This document shows, piece by piece, positions 1 to 9,504 of a stretch of DNA of 35,758 nt. The notes under the pieces were generated by a model that was not told the origin of the DNA, made no database searches, and saw nothing but the letters and a program-made list of their open reading frames with translations. The position numbers were made by a program, and so were the translations under genes. Source of the DNA: an uncultured Clostridia bacterium (GTDB lineage Bacteria > Bacillota > Clostridia > Christensenellales > UBA1242); contig CAJFOL010000085.1 in the NCBI GenBank assembly GCA_904397185.1, positions 1 through 35,758 on the forward strand, written 5' to 3'. Position 1 is the first letter of the stretch. Each line of letters opens with the position of its first letter.

Positions 1-108
1 ACCTTAGATACAATTGAAGCATGGGCAGAAAATTAAATATTTTAATAACCTGTTTAAAGACTAGATTTTTAACTATTATGATAGAGTTAAAACTTTTAAT
101 TGTTTAAT

Positions 109-149
109 AAAAGAGGATATTTTTGATATTGAAGATATCTCTTTTTTTA
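109..149. terminator. Bidirectional intrinsic-terminator-like hairpin between an upstream + strand ORF tail and the - strand ylbJ-like gene
   Basis: Imperfect inverted repeat AAGAGGATAT...AGATATCTCTT with one bulged G. It is followed by T7 on the + strand and preceded by an A-run, which gives a T-run on the - strand. Confidence 0.5.
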
Positions 150-1067
150 AAGCATTACAATAAAGATTAAAGATAGCAAGGTTGAAATCATAGCATGACT
201 AAATTTTTGAAGTACAAATAGCCAGACAGGCATATTTAGTTTATTCAGCATTGTCAGTGATTGCAGTATTGTTGATATACCACCAAAACTGATTACAAAT
301 GTACAAGCGACAATTGACCACTTGTTTGGCAATGCAGAGGAGATATCAATACAACCTTTCGTTATTTCAATAATGCCTTCTAAAACACAAGAAACACTTT
401 TGGGGAATAGATTAAAGATAGGTGATAGTGAAGTTATAACTACGAAAAATATTGCAATTATCACACCGACAGAAATTATGCTTAGGGCGGAATCTAAGAC
501 AATACTTGATAGGTCGGTATTTAGTTTGCTTTTATTTTCTGTTTTGTCCGAAGTTGTGTCTTTGATATTTAGTTTTCTGTATAACAAACCATTTATCAAA
601 GCACCTAAAATATGAGATATAAAGATAATATAGCCATAGACAGCATTTGATAACATTCCTATTCCAACTGCACCAATAATGAACATAGGTCCCGAAGTCG
701 AGCAGAAACTTGTCATTTTAAAAGCATCACTTTTTGTTATTTTACCACTTTGGTAAAGGTCGGCTGTCATTTTTGCCCCAACAGGGTAGCCAGAAATGGC
801 ACTTGTCAAAAATACATAAGAAGAAAGAGTTGAGGTTCCAAACAGTTTTTTACATGGCAGGGCAAAGACCTTCGAGACCCTTTCAACAACTTGTGTTGCC
901 GATAATATTTTAGTGAAGAAAATAAAAGGCAGAACACTAGGCAAGACATTAAAAGCCCATGCACTTATGCCGTTTAGTGTTTGTGACATATATAACTTCG
1001 GGAATAACACCATATTAATTATTAAATATAGAATAAAAATAGACAAAAAAATATTATATTTTTTCAT
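147..1067 (-). CDS. Polytopic membrane protein, YlbJ-like (sporulation integral membrane protein / nucleoside-recognition Gate-domain family)
   Basis: Multi-TM ORF with Gly-rich segments (SGYPVGAK, STSGPMFIIGAVG) typical of the YlbJ/Gate family. GGAG lies 6 nt upstream of the ATG at 1067. The track start at 1079 is an upstream in-frame TTG that contains that RBS. Confidence 0.55.
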   Translation of the reverse strand: MKKYNIFLSIFILYLIINMVLFPKLYMSQTLNGISAWAFNVLPSVLPFIFFTKILSATQVVERVSKVFALPCKKLFGTSTLSSYVFLTSAISGYPVGAKMTADLYQSGKITKSDAFKMTSFCSTSGPMFIIGAVGIGMLSNAVYGYIIFISHILGALINGLLYRKLNIKDTTSDKTENKSKLNTDLSSIVLDSALSIISVGVIIAIFFVVITSLSPIFNLFPKSVSCVLEGIIEITKGCIDISSALPNKWSIVACTFVISFGGISTILQSLTMLNKLNMPVWLFVLQKFSHAMISTLLSLIFIVML

Positions 1068-1083
1068 AAATATCTCCAAAAAT

Positions 1084-1112
1084 TTGACATTACAACTTGT
1101 AAATAATATAAT
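1084..1112 (+). promoter_or_regulatory. Consensus sigma-A promoter upstream of pta-ackA
   Basis: TTGACA (1084-1089), 17-nt spacer, TATAAT (1107-1112). Confidence 0.65.
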
Positions 1113-1243
1113 TAGATTAGAATTAAATCACATTAGGTTAAAAGGCTTGTACAACTATGTATACAAGACTTTTTAGTAGTGTTATATTCATAATAGATAT
1201 TTTATGATGTCTTATTAAAAATCATTATTAAAAAGGGGATAGA

Positions 1244-2227
1244 ATGAAGGTAAAAGAACTTTATAAGAAGGCCCGAGAACTTAAAAAAACTATAGTTTTT
1301 CCAGAAGCGGGCTTTAGCGATAGGACACTAGAGGCGATAAAATACATTCAAAAGAAAGGCATTGCAAGACCGATATTGATAGGGGATGAAAGTGCGCTCG
1401 TTTTAAGAGATAAATCACTTATTGATTATCAAATTATAAACCCACGAACATTTCAAGGTAAAGATGAACTTGCAAAAAGACTTTATGATAAACGTAAAGA
1501 AAAAGGTATGACAATGGAAGAGGCGGAAAAGTTGACTCTTGACCCTTACTATTTTGCTACTTTACTTGTCGATGCTGGGCTTGCGGACGGCATGGTGGCT
1601 GGTGCAGAAGCATCAACAGCAAACACTGTTAGACCAGCCTTGCAAGTGATAAAAGCGAAGAAAAAAGGTGGGATTGTTTCATCATGTTTTCTAATGTTTG
1701 GAAAGAATAAATTTTTAAAAGATAAAGCACTGATTATTGCCGATTGCGGTGTAATAATGCATCCAAACGAAGATGAACTCTATCAGATTGCCTGTCAAAG
1801 TGTTGAGACCTATCAATGCTTAGGGCTTAAGGATCCTAAGGTTGCATTTTTGTCTTTTTCGAGCAAAGGATCGGCTAAAGATGAGAGTGTAGAAGTTGTT
1901 AGAAAGGCATACGAAAAATTTAAAATAACAGGAATACCTTGTGATGGTGAATTGCAGTTTGATTGTGCAATGGTACCGCGAGTTGCAAGTCATAAAGCAC
2001 CACAAAGCCCTATAAAAGGTGATGCGAATATACTTATATTCCCAGATCTAAATAGTGGGAATATATGTTATAAAACCATGCAATATATAGGTGGGTTAAA
2101 TGCAATAGGTCCATTACTTCAGGGACTAAACAAACCTGTCAATGACCTTTCAAGAGGTTGTTCGGTAGAAGATATTGTTACTGTAACGGCAGTAACAGCA
2201 TTACAAGCAAATAAGGAGGAAAAATGA
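1244..2227 (+). CDS. pta: Phosphate acetyltransferase
   Basis: 327-aa PTA_PTB family protein (ADGMVAGAEAST, SRGCSVEDIV). AGGGGA RBS. ATGA overlap with the downstream acetate kinase gene. Confidence 0.9.
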   Translation: MKVKELYKKARELKKTIVFPEAGFSDRTLEAIKYIQKKGIARPILIGDESALVLRDKSLIDYQIINPRTFQGKDELAKRLYDKRKEKGMTMEEAEKLTLDPYYFATLLVDAGLADGMVAGAEASTANTVRPALQVIKAKKKGGIVSSCFLMFGKNKFLKDKALIIADCGVIMHPNEDELYQIACQSVETYQCLGLKDPKVAFLSFSSKGSAKDESVEVVRKAYEKFKITGIPCDGELQFDCAMVPRVASHKAPQSPIKGDANILIFPDLNSGNICYKTMQYIGGLNAIGPLLQGLNKPVNDLSRGCSVEDIVTVTAVTALQANKEEK

Positions 2228-3435
2228 AAATATTAGTTGTAAATGCAGGAAGTTCGTCATTAAAATTTCAATTATTTGATATGGAAAATGAAAGTGTAAT
2301 TGCAAAAGGCAATTGCGAAAAAATAGGGTTGCCAGGTTCTTTTATCGGATATAAGACTACTGGCGATAAAAAAGAAGTTATGGTAGATATGCCTGACCAT
2401 AAAGTTGCCATTGCAAAGGTTTTTGAAATGCTGACAGACAAGAAAGATGGTGTTATAAATAGTGTGGATGAGATTGATGCTGTAGGACATAGATTTGTGC
2501 AAGGCGGATGGCTTTTTAATGAGAGTGTTCTTATGAATGAGGATGTGGTTAAAAAACTTGACCAGATTGCCGAACTTTCACCTCTTCATGCTCATGCAAA
2601 TATGGCTGGATATAAAGGTTGTGTTGCTTTAATGCCAAACACTCCTCAAGTAACGGTATTTGATACGTCGTTTCATGCGACTATGCCAGCAAAAGCATAT
2701 ATGTACGGCATTAAATATGAAGATTACGAACAATACCATGTAAGAAAATATGGTTTCCATGGTACAAGCCACAGATATGTTATGGGCGAATGTGCAAAAC
2801 TTCTCGGCAAAAAGCCAGAGGATATAAATATAATCACAGTACACTTAGGCAACGGCTCTTCAATCACTGCAATAAAGAATGGAAAGAGTGTTGATACCAC
2901 AATGGGTCTAACCCCACTTGAAGGTCTTATTATGGGGACTCGCTCGGGCGACCTTGACCCAACTGTTGTAAGTTATCTTGGCAATAAGAAAAATATGACT
3001 GCAGAGCAAGTTGTAAATTATCTTAACAAACAATGTGGTATTATGGGAGTAAGTGGTGTTTCCAGTGATATGAGAGAACTTAACAGTGCTATTGAAGCAG
3101 GAAACGAAAGGGCTAGACTTGCTCTTGATATGCTTATTTACAGAGTTAAGAAGTTTATAGGCTCTTACATGGCAGTGCTTGGAAGGGTTGATGCAATTGT
3201 GTTCACTGGCGGAATAGGTGAGAATCAAGAAGACTTGAGAGAAGAATCTCTTAAAGATATGGAAATGTATGGCATCGAAATAGATGTTGATAAAAATAAT
3301 CATCTTCCACGAGGAACTACAGAAGAAATTAGTACCAAAAATTCAAAAATTAGAGTATTTAGAATACCAACAAACGAAGAACTTTTGATTGCAAGAGATA
3401 CACAAGAACTTGTTATGAAAAGTAAAAAACAATAA
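2224..3435 (+). CDS. ackA: Acetate kinase
   Basis: MKILVVNAGSSSLKFQLF N-terminus, plus GFHGTSHRYV and FTGGIGEN motifs. 403 aa. Confidence 0.93.
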   Translation: MKILVVNAGSSSLKFQLFDMENESVIAKGNCEKIGLPGSFIGYKTTGDKKEVMVDMPDHKVAIAKVFEMLTDKKDGVINSVDEIDAVGHRFVQGGWLFNESVLMNEDVVKKLDQIAELSPLHAHANMAGYKGCVALMPNTPQVTVFDTSFHATMPAKAYMYGIKYEDYEQYHVRKYGFHGTSHRYVMGECAKLLGKKPEDINIITVHLGNGSSITAIKNGKSVDTTMGLTPLEGLIMGTRSGDLDPTVVSYLGNKKNMTAEQVVNYLNKQCGIMGVSGVSSDMRELNSAIEAGNERARLALDMLIYRVKKFIGSYMAVLGRVDAIVFTGGIGENQEDLREESLKDMEMYGIEIDVDKNNHLPRGTTEEISTKNSKIRVFRIPTNEELLIARDTQELVMKSKKQ

Positions 3436-3471
3436 ATTTTTGTGTGACTTATAATTATTTTGTAAAATAAC

Positions 3472-3500
3472 TTGACAATTATAAATAAAATCAGTATAAT
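3472..3500 (+). promoter_or_regulatory. Consensus sigma-A promoter upstream of rpmF
   Basis: TTGACA (3472-3477), 17-nt spacer, TATAAT (3495-3500). Confidence 0.65.
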
Positions 3501-3634
3501 TGTATAGCATGATATGAATATATCGGGGTAAAGTTTAAGTTACAAAATAGCAATAAAAGTTGTGTTTAAGCAATATAAAGAGATTTTAGACTAAAACCGA
3601 TTAAAATTATAGCAAAACAAGGAGGAAAGACAAG

Positions 3635-3826
3635 ATGGCAGTTCCAAAGCACAAGGTTTCAAAGGCGAGAAGAAATACAAGACATTCTGCAAATTCAAAA
3701 GCAGTTATGCCTACACTTGTTGAATGCCCACAATGTCATGAGTTAAAACAACCTCATACAGTATGCAAGAAGTGTGGAACATACAAGGGTGAAACAGTCA
3801 TAGCCAAGAAAGAAGAGAAAAAATAA
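3635..3826 (+). CDS. rpmF: 50S ribosomal protein L32
   Basis: MAVPKHKVSKARRNTRH N-terminus and CPQC...CKKCG zinc ribbon. AGGAGG RBS. Confidence 0.93.
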   Translation: MAVPKHKVSKARRNTRHSANSKAVMPTLVECPQCHELKQPHTVCKKCGTYKGETVIAKKEEKK

Positions 3827-3835
3827 AAAATTATG

Positions 3836-3871
3836 AAAGTCTTTAAGTTTTTTAAAGACTTTTATTTTTTT
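3836..3871 (+). terminator. Intrinsic terminator after rpmF
   Basis: AAAGTCTTTAA / TTAAAGACTTT 11-bp stem with a 5-nt loop, followed by TATTTTTTT. Confidence 0.75.
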
Positions 3872-3889
3872 GTCTAAATTATCAAAAAT

Positions 3890-3943
3890 CACTATATATG
3901 CTATTATGTATGACAGACATAATACGAGATATAGTGTTTTTTT
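3890..3943 (+). terminator. Second, compound hairpin plus T7 (tandem terminator or structured element)
   Basis: Outer stem CACTATAT/ATATAGTG (8 bp), a 4x4 internal loop, inner stem TATTATGT/ACATAATA (8 bp) and a 7-nt loop, followed by TTTTTTT (3937-3943). Confidence 0.5.
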
Positions 3944-3998
3944 ATAAAATATGCCTTTCAACCTTTAATAAAAATTTAAAAAGTTTTAATAAAATAGT

Positions 3999-4027
3999 TT
4001 GCATTTATCATATTTTTTTGTTATTAT
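3999..4027 (+). promoter_or_regulatory. Sigma-A-like promoter upstream of plsX
   Basis: TTGCAT, 17-nt spacer, TATTAT, with a TGt extended -10. Confidence 0.45.
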
Positions 4028-4067
4028 ATTGGTGAGTTTTTAATATTTAGTGATAAAGGAGAAAATC

Positions 4068-5075
4068 ATGAAAGTCGTAGTAGATGCATTTGGTGGAGAT
4101 AATGCTCCTGTTGAAATTGTTGAGGGAGCAGTCCTTGCAGTTAAAAATAATAAAAACCTCGAGGTAATACTTTGCGGAAAAGAGGATAAGATTAAAGAAA
4201 TTTTAAGGGGAAGAACAGAGCGAATAGAAATTGTCGATGCAAGTGATGTTATCACAAATGATGATGCTCCTACAGAAGCAATCAGACATAAACCTAATTC
4301 GTCACTTGTTGTGGCATATGACATTTTGAAAACAAGAGATGACGTTATTGGTCTTGTAAGTGCGGGGCCGACTGGGGCTGTGCTTGCTGGGGCTATAATG
4401 AAGATAGGTCGTATTAAAGGTATATCACGACCTGCACTTGCACCAATTTTGCCAACAAAGGTAGATGGCAGTGATGTTATTATTATTGATAGTGGTGCAA
4501 ACATTGATTGCAAACCTATCAATCTATTGCATTTTGCATTAATGGGCTCAGCCTACTATTCAATAATATATAACAAAAAAGAGCCAAGAGTCGCACTTTT
4601 AAACAATGGTGCCGAAGATGAAAAAGGAAATGAACTTGCAAAAGAAACTTTTCCACTTTTAAAAAATGCCCCAATTAATTTTATAGGGAACAAAGAGGGC
4701 GGTGACTTTATGAGTGGTGATGTTGATGTCATGGTTGCCGATGGTTTTGCAGGAAATGCTCTTTTAAAAGGTACCGAGGGTGCTGTGAAAGCAGTTATTT
4801 CAATACTTAAACGTAGTATAAAATCTCATTTTTGGTCAAAAGTCGGATATCTTTTTATGGGCAAGACTTTTAAAGAGATTAGAGAGCGAGTTGACGTCCA
4901 AAGGAAGCATGCTGGTTCGCCACTTTTGGGTTGCAAAAAGTTGGTAGTCAAAAATCATGGCTCGTGTGATAGAGTAAATATTCAGGCATCCATTGAACAG
5001 ACAATAAAACTGCATAATAACAACTTAAATCAAAGGATAGAAGAGGCAATTGCATCTTTAAGCGAAAAAATTTAA
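4068..5075 (+). CDS. plsX: Phosphate acyltransferase PlsX
   Basis: MKVVVDAFGGDNAP N-terminus typical of PlsX. AAGGAG (4056-4061) lies 6 nt before the ATG at 4068. The track start at 4050 is an upstream GTG. Confidence 0.9.
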   Translation: MKVVVDAFGGDNAPVEIVEGAVLAVKNNKNLEVILCGKEDKIKEILRGRTERIEIVDASDVITNDDAPTEAIRHKPNSSLVVAYDILKTRDDVIGLVSAGPTGAVLAGAIMKIGRIKGISRPALAPILPTKVDGSDVIIIDSGANIDCKPINLLHFALMGSAYYSIIYNKKEPRVALLNNGAEDEKGNELAKETFPLLKNAPINFIGNKEGGDFMSGDVDVMVADGFAGNALLKGTEGAVKAVISILKRSIKSHFWSKVGYLFMGKTFKEIRERVDVQRKHAGSPLLGCKKLVVKNHGSCDRVNIQASIEQTIKLHNNNLNQRIEEAIASLSEKI

Positions 5076-5170
5076 TTGTAGATGCTGTAGACTTTTTGTT
5101 AAATAGGCTATAATCATTTTTTATGTAAAAATAAAATTATTTTAAAAAATCTTTTAATTTAGGTGGTGCA

Positions 5171-5800
5171 ATGAATATAAATTACAATTTTAAAGACAAA
5201 AAACTGCTTGATAGGGCATTGACACACTCGTCAAAGTCAGAGTTAAATTATGAGCGTCTTGAGTTTTTAGGTGACAGCATTTTAGATTTTTTAGTAGGTG
5301 AATATTTCTTTAAAAATTGTAGAGATGACGAGGGAAAATTGACTGTGCTACGAAGTCATTATGTTTCTGAAAATAATTTGGCAAAATTGTTTGATAAACT
5401 TAATCTATCAGGCGAAGTGAAACTCGGGAAAAGTTATCAAGGAGAGATTTCAAAGGCGATTAAGGCTGACGTGATAGAGGCTCTTATTGCTGGAATTTAT
5501 CTTGATGCGAAAGAAAAAGGTATAGAAAAAGCAAGAGAATTTATAATGCGATATTTTGACCTTGAAAATTACAAATCCATTGTCGATGACAATTATAAAT
5601 CTCGTCTGCAAGAACTTATCCAAGGCAATTTCAAGTGTAAAATGCAGTATGTTACTGTCGCTTGTGATGATGGCTTTGAGTCAAGTTTCTATATGGATGA
5701 GGATAAAATTTCGGTGGGATATGGAAAGAGTAAGTTGGAGGCTGAGCAACAATCGGCTAAATTTGCCATTGAAAAATTGTTCTTGATTGATAATAAATGA
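5171..5800 (+). CDS. rnc: Ribonuclease III
   Basis: RNase III signature ERLEFLGDSILDF and a C-terminal dsRBD (YKSRLQELIQ...GKSKLEAEQQSA). AGGTGG RBS. Confidence 0.9.
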   Translation: MNINYNFKDKKLLDRALTHSSKSELNYERLEFLGDSILDFLVGEYFFKNCRDDEGKLTVLRSHYVSENNLAKLFDKLNLSGEVKLGKSYQGEISKAIKADVIEALIAGIYLDAKEKGIEKAREFIMRYFDLENYKSIVDDNYKSRLQELIQGNFKCKMQYVTVACDDGFESSFYMDEDKISVGYGKSKLEAEQQSAKFAIEKLFLIDNK

Positions 5801-5840
5801 TTTTAAAAGTTAGAAGATAGCCAAAAATTTGTAAATATAT

Positions 5841-5869
5841 TTGTAAATAACAAAAAAGTTTGTTATACT
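5841..5869 (+). promoter_or_regulatory. Sigma-A-like promoter upstream of smc
   Basis: TTGTAA, 17-nt spacer, TATACT, with a TGt extended -10. Confidence 0.45.
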
Positions 5870-5918
5870 ATTTTTGTAATAATTTTGTGGCTTTAGGTCA
5901 CGTTTACATGAGGTTTTT

Positions 5919-8900
5919 ATGATTTTTAAGAAAATTGAAATGGTTGGGTTTAAGTCGTTTGCAGATAGGACCACTATCGAATTTAACGACAACTTTACAG
6001 CCATAGTGGGTCCTAATGGTTGTGGAAAAAGCAATGTTTCTGATGCAATACGTTGGGTTCTTGGGGAACAAAGTCCTAAGAGCCTACGTGGTGATAGTAT
6101 GCAAGATGTTATCTTTAATGGTACAGAGAAAAGAAAAAGCCTTTCATACTGCGAAGTCACTTTGACATTTGATAACACAACACGTTTTTTCAATTTTGAT
6201 TATGACGAACTTGCCATTACTCGTAAGTTATACCGCTCTGGAGAAAGTGAATATCTTATAAATAGGAACACCTGCCACCTTCGAGATATCACCAATTTGT
6301 TATACAATAGTGGGCTTGGTAAAAACGGATACTCGGTTGTAAGCCAAGGCAAAGTTACAGAACTTGTCGATGCAAAACCTGAAAATCGTAGGGCTATGTT
6401 TGAAGATGCGGCAGGTATCTCAAAATATAAAAACGATAAAAAAGAGGCTGAGCGAAAACTTGAAAGGACGACTGACAATCTCACTCGTGTAAAGGATATT
6501 CTGTCAGAGATTGAAAGGCAAATGGGACCTTTAAAGAAACAGGCGGAAAATGCTAAAAAATATCTTGAATATAAGGACAAGTTAAAAGACCTTGAAATCA
6601 ATGCATATATTTATCAATATGAGAATGCAAACGAAGCGAAAGAAAAGATTAATTTAAAACTTGATGCCTTGAAAAAACAAATAGACATTAGGCAACAGGA
6701 CTTAGATAGCACAAGTGCAACATATGATAAGTGTATGTTTGATTTGACTAACTTTGATAAGACCTTGGCACAACTCAACGAAAAGATTTTGGAACTTACT
6801 GTCAACCTTGAAAAACAGGAGAGTGAGACAAAACTTGCAAGGGAGAGAATAAATTATACCTATAAAGAAAATGATAGGTTGAATTTAGATAGGTCCAATG
6901 CTCAAACGGCAATTGAGGCATATGAAACAGAAAAGACAGGCAAAGAGGAACTTCTTAAAGAACTTACTAGCGACCTTGAGGCACTTGAAAAGTCTTTTGA
7001 TGAATTATCTGAGAGTTATTCAAAGATTGCAAACGAATTGACTTTGAGCGAGGATGAGGCAGGACAAGGACAGCAGAGAGTTATTGAAACTCTTGGCTCT
7101 CTAAGTGACATTAAGAGTTCGGTGTCAAGACTGCTCGCCGAGAAGGAACTTCTCTCAACAAATCTAAAGAACTTAAATGAAGATATGCTTGCATTGACAA
7201 GCAAACGTGAGGAGAATACAAATTTATTGTCGCAAAGCAAATCTAGTTGTGACGAAAAAGAAAAATCTCTTGACGAAATTAAGAAGAAGATTGAGTCGCT
7301 TGCAAGTGGCAATTATATTTTAGAGCGAAGACTTAAAGACCTTGACAATGAAAAGGCTAATCTTAATACTCAAATAAAGGTTTTTGAAAATAGGAAGAAA
7401 CTTTTGACCGACCTGCAAAACGAGTATGAGGGCTATTCATATGCAGTCAAAAAATTACTACGTGAGAGCGATAAAAATAGTTATATAAAGAAGAACATTG
7501 TCGGAGTTGTAGCATCGCTAATAAAAGTCCCTGAAAAGTTTGAGACTGCCATTGAGGTGGCTCTTGGCGGAGCGGTACAAAACATTGTCACATATGACGA
7601 AGAAGGGGCTAAAGAACTTATTAAATTTTTGAAAGACAACTCCTTTGGTAGGGCGACATTCTTGCCTATAACTTCTATGAAAAGAAGAAGTTTTGACGAG
7701 AGACTGATTGCGGGGAAACAGGGCTGTTTTGGGCTTGCTAGTTCGCTTGTTGACTACGATAAGAAGATAGATAATGTTGTAAGCAATTTGCTTGGCTCAA
7801 CAGTTATAGTAGACACTTTGACAACTGCCGTCAACCTTGCAAAATCAAGTGGTTATTCGTTTAGAATAGTCACTCTTGATGGTGATGTGGTAAACCCACA
7901 AGGCTCGCTTACTGGTGGTAGTAAAAAAGCGGAATCTTCCAACCTTATTGGACGAGAACGTGAGATTGAAACACTTGGTATTGATATCATAAAACTTGAA
8001 AAACGTGTGGAAGAAATTACCAAAGAAATTGCCTCTGATAATTTAAAGTTTGCCGAGCAAAAGAAGGTTATAGATGAATATAATGCTCAGAAAAATAGCC
8101 TTGAAATAGAACTTGCCTCAGAGAAGGAAAAACTTAACAGTTTCAAGACGATTGTTGAAGAGACAGAAGATAATTATAAAGTTGCTGAGATGGAAGCGAC
8201 AACTGTCCAAAACAAACTAAAACTCATCTCTGATGAACTTGATAGGTCACAAAAAATTGAAAGTGCCCTTTCAGGCAATAAGGTCGATGCTGACGAACTT
8301 ATTAAAGAAAAACGCGAAAAAAATGAGGCTTTAAGACAGGAGCGGGACAAGATAAACAACAATATCTTGACTGTAAAAGTTGAAATTGCCGAGACAAAGA
8401 CAAAGATTTCATCTGTTCAAAGTGATATTGAAAGACTTGAGAATGAGATAGGCAAATTTAAGATGAATATAGTCAACCTTGACGAGCAGATAAAACAGAA
8501 TAATAAGTTTATTGAGTCATGTGAAGAGATGATAAAGCAAAAACTCGCTTCTGCTCCATCTTCCGCTAAAAAGACAGAACTTGAAGAGCATATCAAACGT
8601 AGAGGCGGGGTAGAAGAGGACAAAGCGAAGTTATCTGATAAAATAAAACAACTCGATAGTCAAAAATCGGCGATTATGGATGAACTTTCATCGCTTCGAG
8701 ATAGGAAGTTTAGAGAGGAGATGAACCTTTCTAAAGTCGATACCGAACTTGAACAAATGCAGGAGCGAATTTATGAAGAATACTCTCTTACATATTCGAC
8801 CTGCCTTGAACATAGACGTGGCGATTTTGATATCAATGTGGCTATGCCTGAGATTGCTAAACTTAAAAAGGATATAAATGCACTTGGCTATGTCAATGTC

Positions 8901-9503
8901 AATGCGATAGAAGATTGCAAGACACTACTTGACCGTTATGACGAACTAAATGGGCAGGCTCAAGACCTTGAAAAGGCACAAGATGACTTAAATAAAATTA
9001 TCAAGGATTTGTCTGGAATAATGATTGAAAAATTCAATAATGAATTAAGCCGAATAAACGAAAGTTTTAAATTGACATTCAGAGAACTCTTTGGCGGTGG
9101 AACAGCGAAACTTGCTCTGTCAGATGAAGATGACCCACTTGAATCAGGAGTTGAAATATTTGCACAGCCACCTGGCAAGAAAATTCAAAATATGACCTTA
9201 CTTTCAGGTGGAGAAAAATCACTTACCGCTATGGCAGTTATCTTTGCGATTTTAAGAATAAAGCCTTTGCCATTCTGCTTGTTTGACGAAGTTGAAGCCG
9301 CTCTTGATGACTCTAACGTTGAAATTGTCGATAAATACCTAAAGAAGTTGTCTTCAGACACCCAGTTTATTCTTATCACACACAAAAAGCCGACTATGGA
9401 ATATGCAAATGCTCTTTATGGTGTAACTATGGAAGAAAAGGGTGTGTCAAAGATTGTATCAGTATTACTTTCAGATGCTATAAAGCATGCTCAGGAGGGC
9501 TAA
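5919..9503 (+). CDS. smc: Chromosome segregation protein SMC
   Basis: 1194 aa. Walker A GPNGCGKSN, long coiled coils, hinge region, LSGGEKSLTA signature and Walker B CLFDEVEAALD. Confidence 0.95.
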   Translation: MIFKKIEMVGFKSFADRTTIEFNDNFTAIVGPNGCGKSNVSDAIRWVLGEQSPKSLRGDSMQDVIFNGTEKRKSLSYCEVTLTFDNTTRFFNFDYDELAITRKLYRSGESEYLINRNTCHLRDITNLLYNSGLGKNGYSVVSQGKVTELVDAKPENRRAMFEDAAGISKYKNDKKEAERKLERTTDNLTRVKDILSEIERQMGPLKKQAENAKKYLEYKDKLKDLEINAYIYQYENANEAKEKINLKLDALKKQIDIRQQDLDSTSATYDKCMFDLTNFDKTLAQLNEKILELTVNLEKQESETKLARERINYTYKENDRLNLDRSNAQTAIEAYETEKTGKEELLKELTSDLEALEKSFDELSESYSKIANELTLSEDEAGQGQQRVIETLGSLSDIKSSVSRLLAEKELLSTNLKNLNEDMLALTSKREENTNLLSQSKSSCDEKEKSLDEIKKKIESLASGNYILERRLKDLDNEKANLNTQIKVFENRKKLLTDLQNEYEGYSYAVKKLLRESDKNSYIKKNIVGVVASLIKVPEKFETAIEVALGGAVQNIVTYDEEGAKELIKFLKDNSFGRATFLPITSMKRRSFDERLIAGKQGCFGLASSLVDYDKKIDNVVSNLLGSTVIVDTLTTAVNLAKSSGYSFRIVTLDGDVVNPQGSLTGGSKKAESSNLIGREREIETLGIDIIKLEKRVEEITKEIASDNLKFAEQKKVIDEYNAQKNSLEIELASEKEKLNSFKTIVEETEDNYKVAEMEATTVQNKLKLISDELDRSQKIESALSGNKVDADELIKEKREKNEALRQERDKINNNILTVKVEIAETKTKISSVQSDIERLENEIGKFKMNIVNLDEQIKQNNKFIESCEEMIKQKLASAPSSAKKTELEEHIKRRGGVEEDKAKLSDKIKQLDSQKSAIMDELSSLRDRKFREEMNLSKVDTELEQMQERIYEEYSLTYSTCLEHRRGDFDINVAMPEIAKLKKDINALGYVNVNAIEDCKTLLDRYDELNGQAQDLEKAQDDLNKIIKDLSGIMIEKFNNELSRINESFKLTFRELFGGGTAKLALSDEDDPLESGVEIFAQPPGKKIQNMTLLSGGEKSLTAMAVIFAILRIKPLPFCLFDEVEAALDDSNVEIVDKYLKKLSSDTQFILITHKKPTMEYANALYGVTMEEKGVSKIVSVLLSDAIKHAQEG

Positions 9504-9504
9504 A

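Noticed and set aside
1-36. In-frame coding tail (...TLDTIEAWAEN*) at the left window edge
   Set aside because: Only 11 codons are visible, so neither coding status nor identity can be supported.
322-1176. Plus-strand ORFs 322-615 and 913-1176 opposite the ylbJ-like gene
   Set aside because: They are antisense to a coherent multi-TM membrane protein. The second ORF runs through the pta promoter. Neither has an RBS.
3743-3961. 72-aa minus-strand ORF overlapping the rpmF 3' end and both terminators
   Set aside because: It reads through two terminator hairpins and the rpmF coding region. It is most simply an artefact.
4040-4522. 160-aa minus-strand ORF overlapping plsX
   Set aside because: It is antisense to a confidently identified plsX. 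It has a low-complexity Ser/Ile/Thr/Ala-rich composition and no start context.
5827-5849. Direct repeat ATTTGTAAATA x2 (12-bp period) overlapping the smc -35 element
   Set aside because: It is a short AT-only repeat in AT-rich intergenic DNA, so the chance expectation is high. It is noted only as a possible binding site.
6200-9385. Seven minus-strand track ORFs (62-133 aa, Ser/Leu/Phe-rich) inside smc
   Set aside because: They are mirror images of the Lys/Glu-rich coiled-coil coding strand. AAR/GAR codons read antisense give stop-poor YTT/YTC frames. They have no RBS and are fully nested in a confident gene.
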